Origin: Lama glama
Taxonomy: Eukaryota
DNA: 64,000 bases
Assembly: GCA_028534125.1 (NCBI GenBank)
Contig: CM052818.1
Coordinates: 22,880,001-22,944,000, forward strand
Direction: 5' to 3'
Shown here piece after piece: positions 62,880 to 64,000 of the stretch. A model generated the notes under the pieces. The model ran no database searches. It saw only the letters and a program-made list of their open reading frames with translations, and was not told the DNA's origin. The stretch's first letter is position 1, and each line of letters opens with the position of its first letter. The translations under genes and the position numbers were made by a program.

Positions 62880-62978
62880 CAAAGACTTGAAAGCCTAGCA
62901 CACAGGTGTATGTCGTCCAATCAATGTCCTTACAATCCGATCGATTCCTGATTAGTTTGCAGCCATTTGGAATGTCCC
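62880..62978 (-). CDS. EML4: EML4 third-last coding exon, (W)DIPNGCKLIRNRSDCKDIDWTTYTCVLGFQVF(G)
   Basis: On the minus strand: acceptor tttaaag|GG, 99 nt, donor G|gtaagg; EMAP-family WD40/TAPE sequence; corresponds to human exon 21. Confidence 0.95.
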
Positions 62979-64000
62979 CTTTAAATTCAGAAACAGGAAG
63001 TATGATCATAGTGCTTGTGTACAAATGTACTTGACAGTGCATCTTGATTCAAACTAGCCACGTTTACTTGTATTTATTATCCATACACTGAAAAACATTA
63101 AGACACACTTAACAAGGCAAAGTGTTTAACAGGGTTTATAGATAGAACTACAAACTGTTTCCCACTGAAATTGTTCTTTAAAAAGCATAATTGCTCATCC
63201 ATTATACTCCTTCCTGTCTCCAAGAAAAGTTATTAAATACAGAACCATTCAGAGCAGCACCAGTCTCCCTGAATAATTTCCTATGACATTTAAATGAACT
63301 CACTACTTTCTTTGAGATTCTCAGTCCTTAGCCAGCTCAGAGCCACACGAGCTTTGTCAGGTCAGGGGCCAGTGTGCAGCTGCTGCACAATTCAGTCCCT
63401 GCAGCCTGCTCATTACTGCCCGACAGACACGTCTCAGCCGCACGTGATCGTTCATACTCACAGTACAGGATCTCATAGTCTCCCGAGTTAGACATTATAT
63501 ACTTGTTGTCTGGGGACCAGTCAAGGTGTGTGATATAGCTGGAATGTCCCTAGGAAGTAACACATCAACTATTTAGAGAGCAGTTAAGAGTTCTGAATGA
63601 CAAATAGTTTCACAGTAGCCAGTACTGTCTTCCGAGTAGCCGTTCACCAGGAATCGCAGGTCCTTAGTTCTTTTTTACACTACCTTGTTTGGAGCCAGAA
63701 CTTTGGAATTTAAAGAAACCTGACCACAGTGGAAATGTTAAGCACCTGGAACCTGGTCTCTCCACTTAGATAGCAGCAACAAGCACCTACCACCTGTGCG
63801 ACACTTCCAAGACAGACAGTCTCAAACTTGTGTCTTCAAAGACACTGTAACAGATACCACAACCTCAGGCCTTATTTCAAGTCACTAGTGTCCCTAAGTT
63901 AGCACAGTTATTTTTATCTTTATTTTTGAGAATGAGGTATTGGTTGCAGGTTGAGCACAAAGAGTACAATTTTCCTGGGCTGCTTCCTGAGTACCCACAG

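Noticed and set aside
1..64000. CRISPR arrays, prokaryotic operons or defence systems
   Set aside because: The sequence is mammalian with spliceosomal introns; no regularly spaced direct repeats seen

Overview
Mammalian genomic DNA, most likely a camelid because it carries tRNA-Ala-derived Vic-1-like SINEs. It matches the EML4-COX7A2L locus. The complete three-exon COX7A2L/SCAF1 gene (113 aa) lies on the + strand, with a CpG-island promoter, a perfect estrogen-response palindrome in intron 1 and a 500-N assembly gap in its 3' UTR. The last three coding exons and 3' UTR of EML4 lie on the - strand, convergent with COX7A2L about 15 kb away. The rest is intergenic and rich in L1, L2, MIR, MaLR/ERV LTR and hAT remnants. 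I see no convincing novel system. The best leads are an in-frame upstream ATG that could give an N-terminally extended COX7A2L, a chain of strong + strand candidate exons between COX7A2L and EML4, and a one-sided orientation of recent retroelement insertions. Repeat boundaries and family names were assigned by eye and are approximate.
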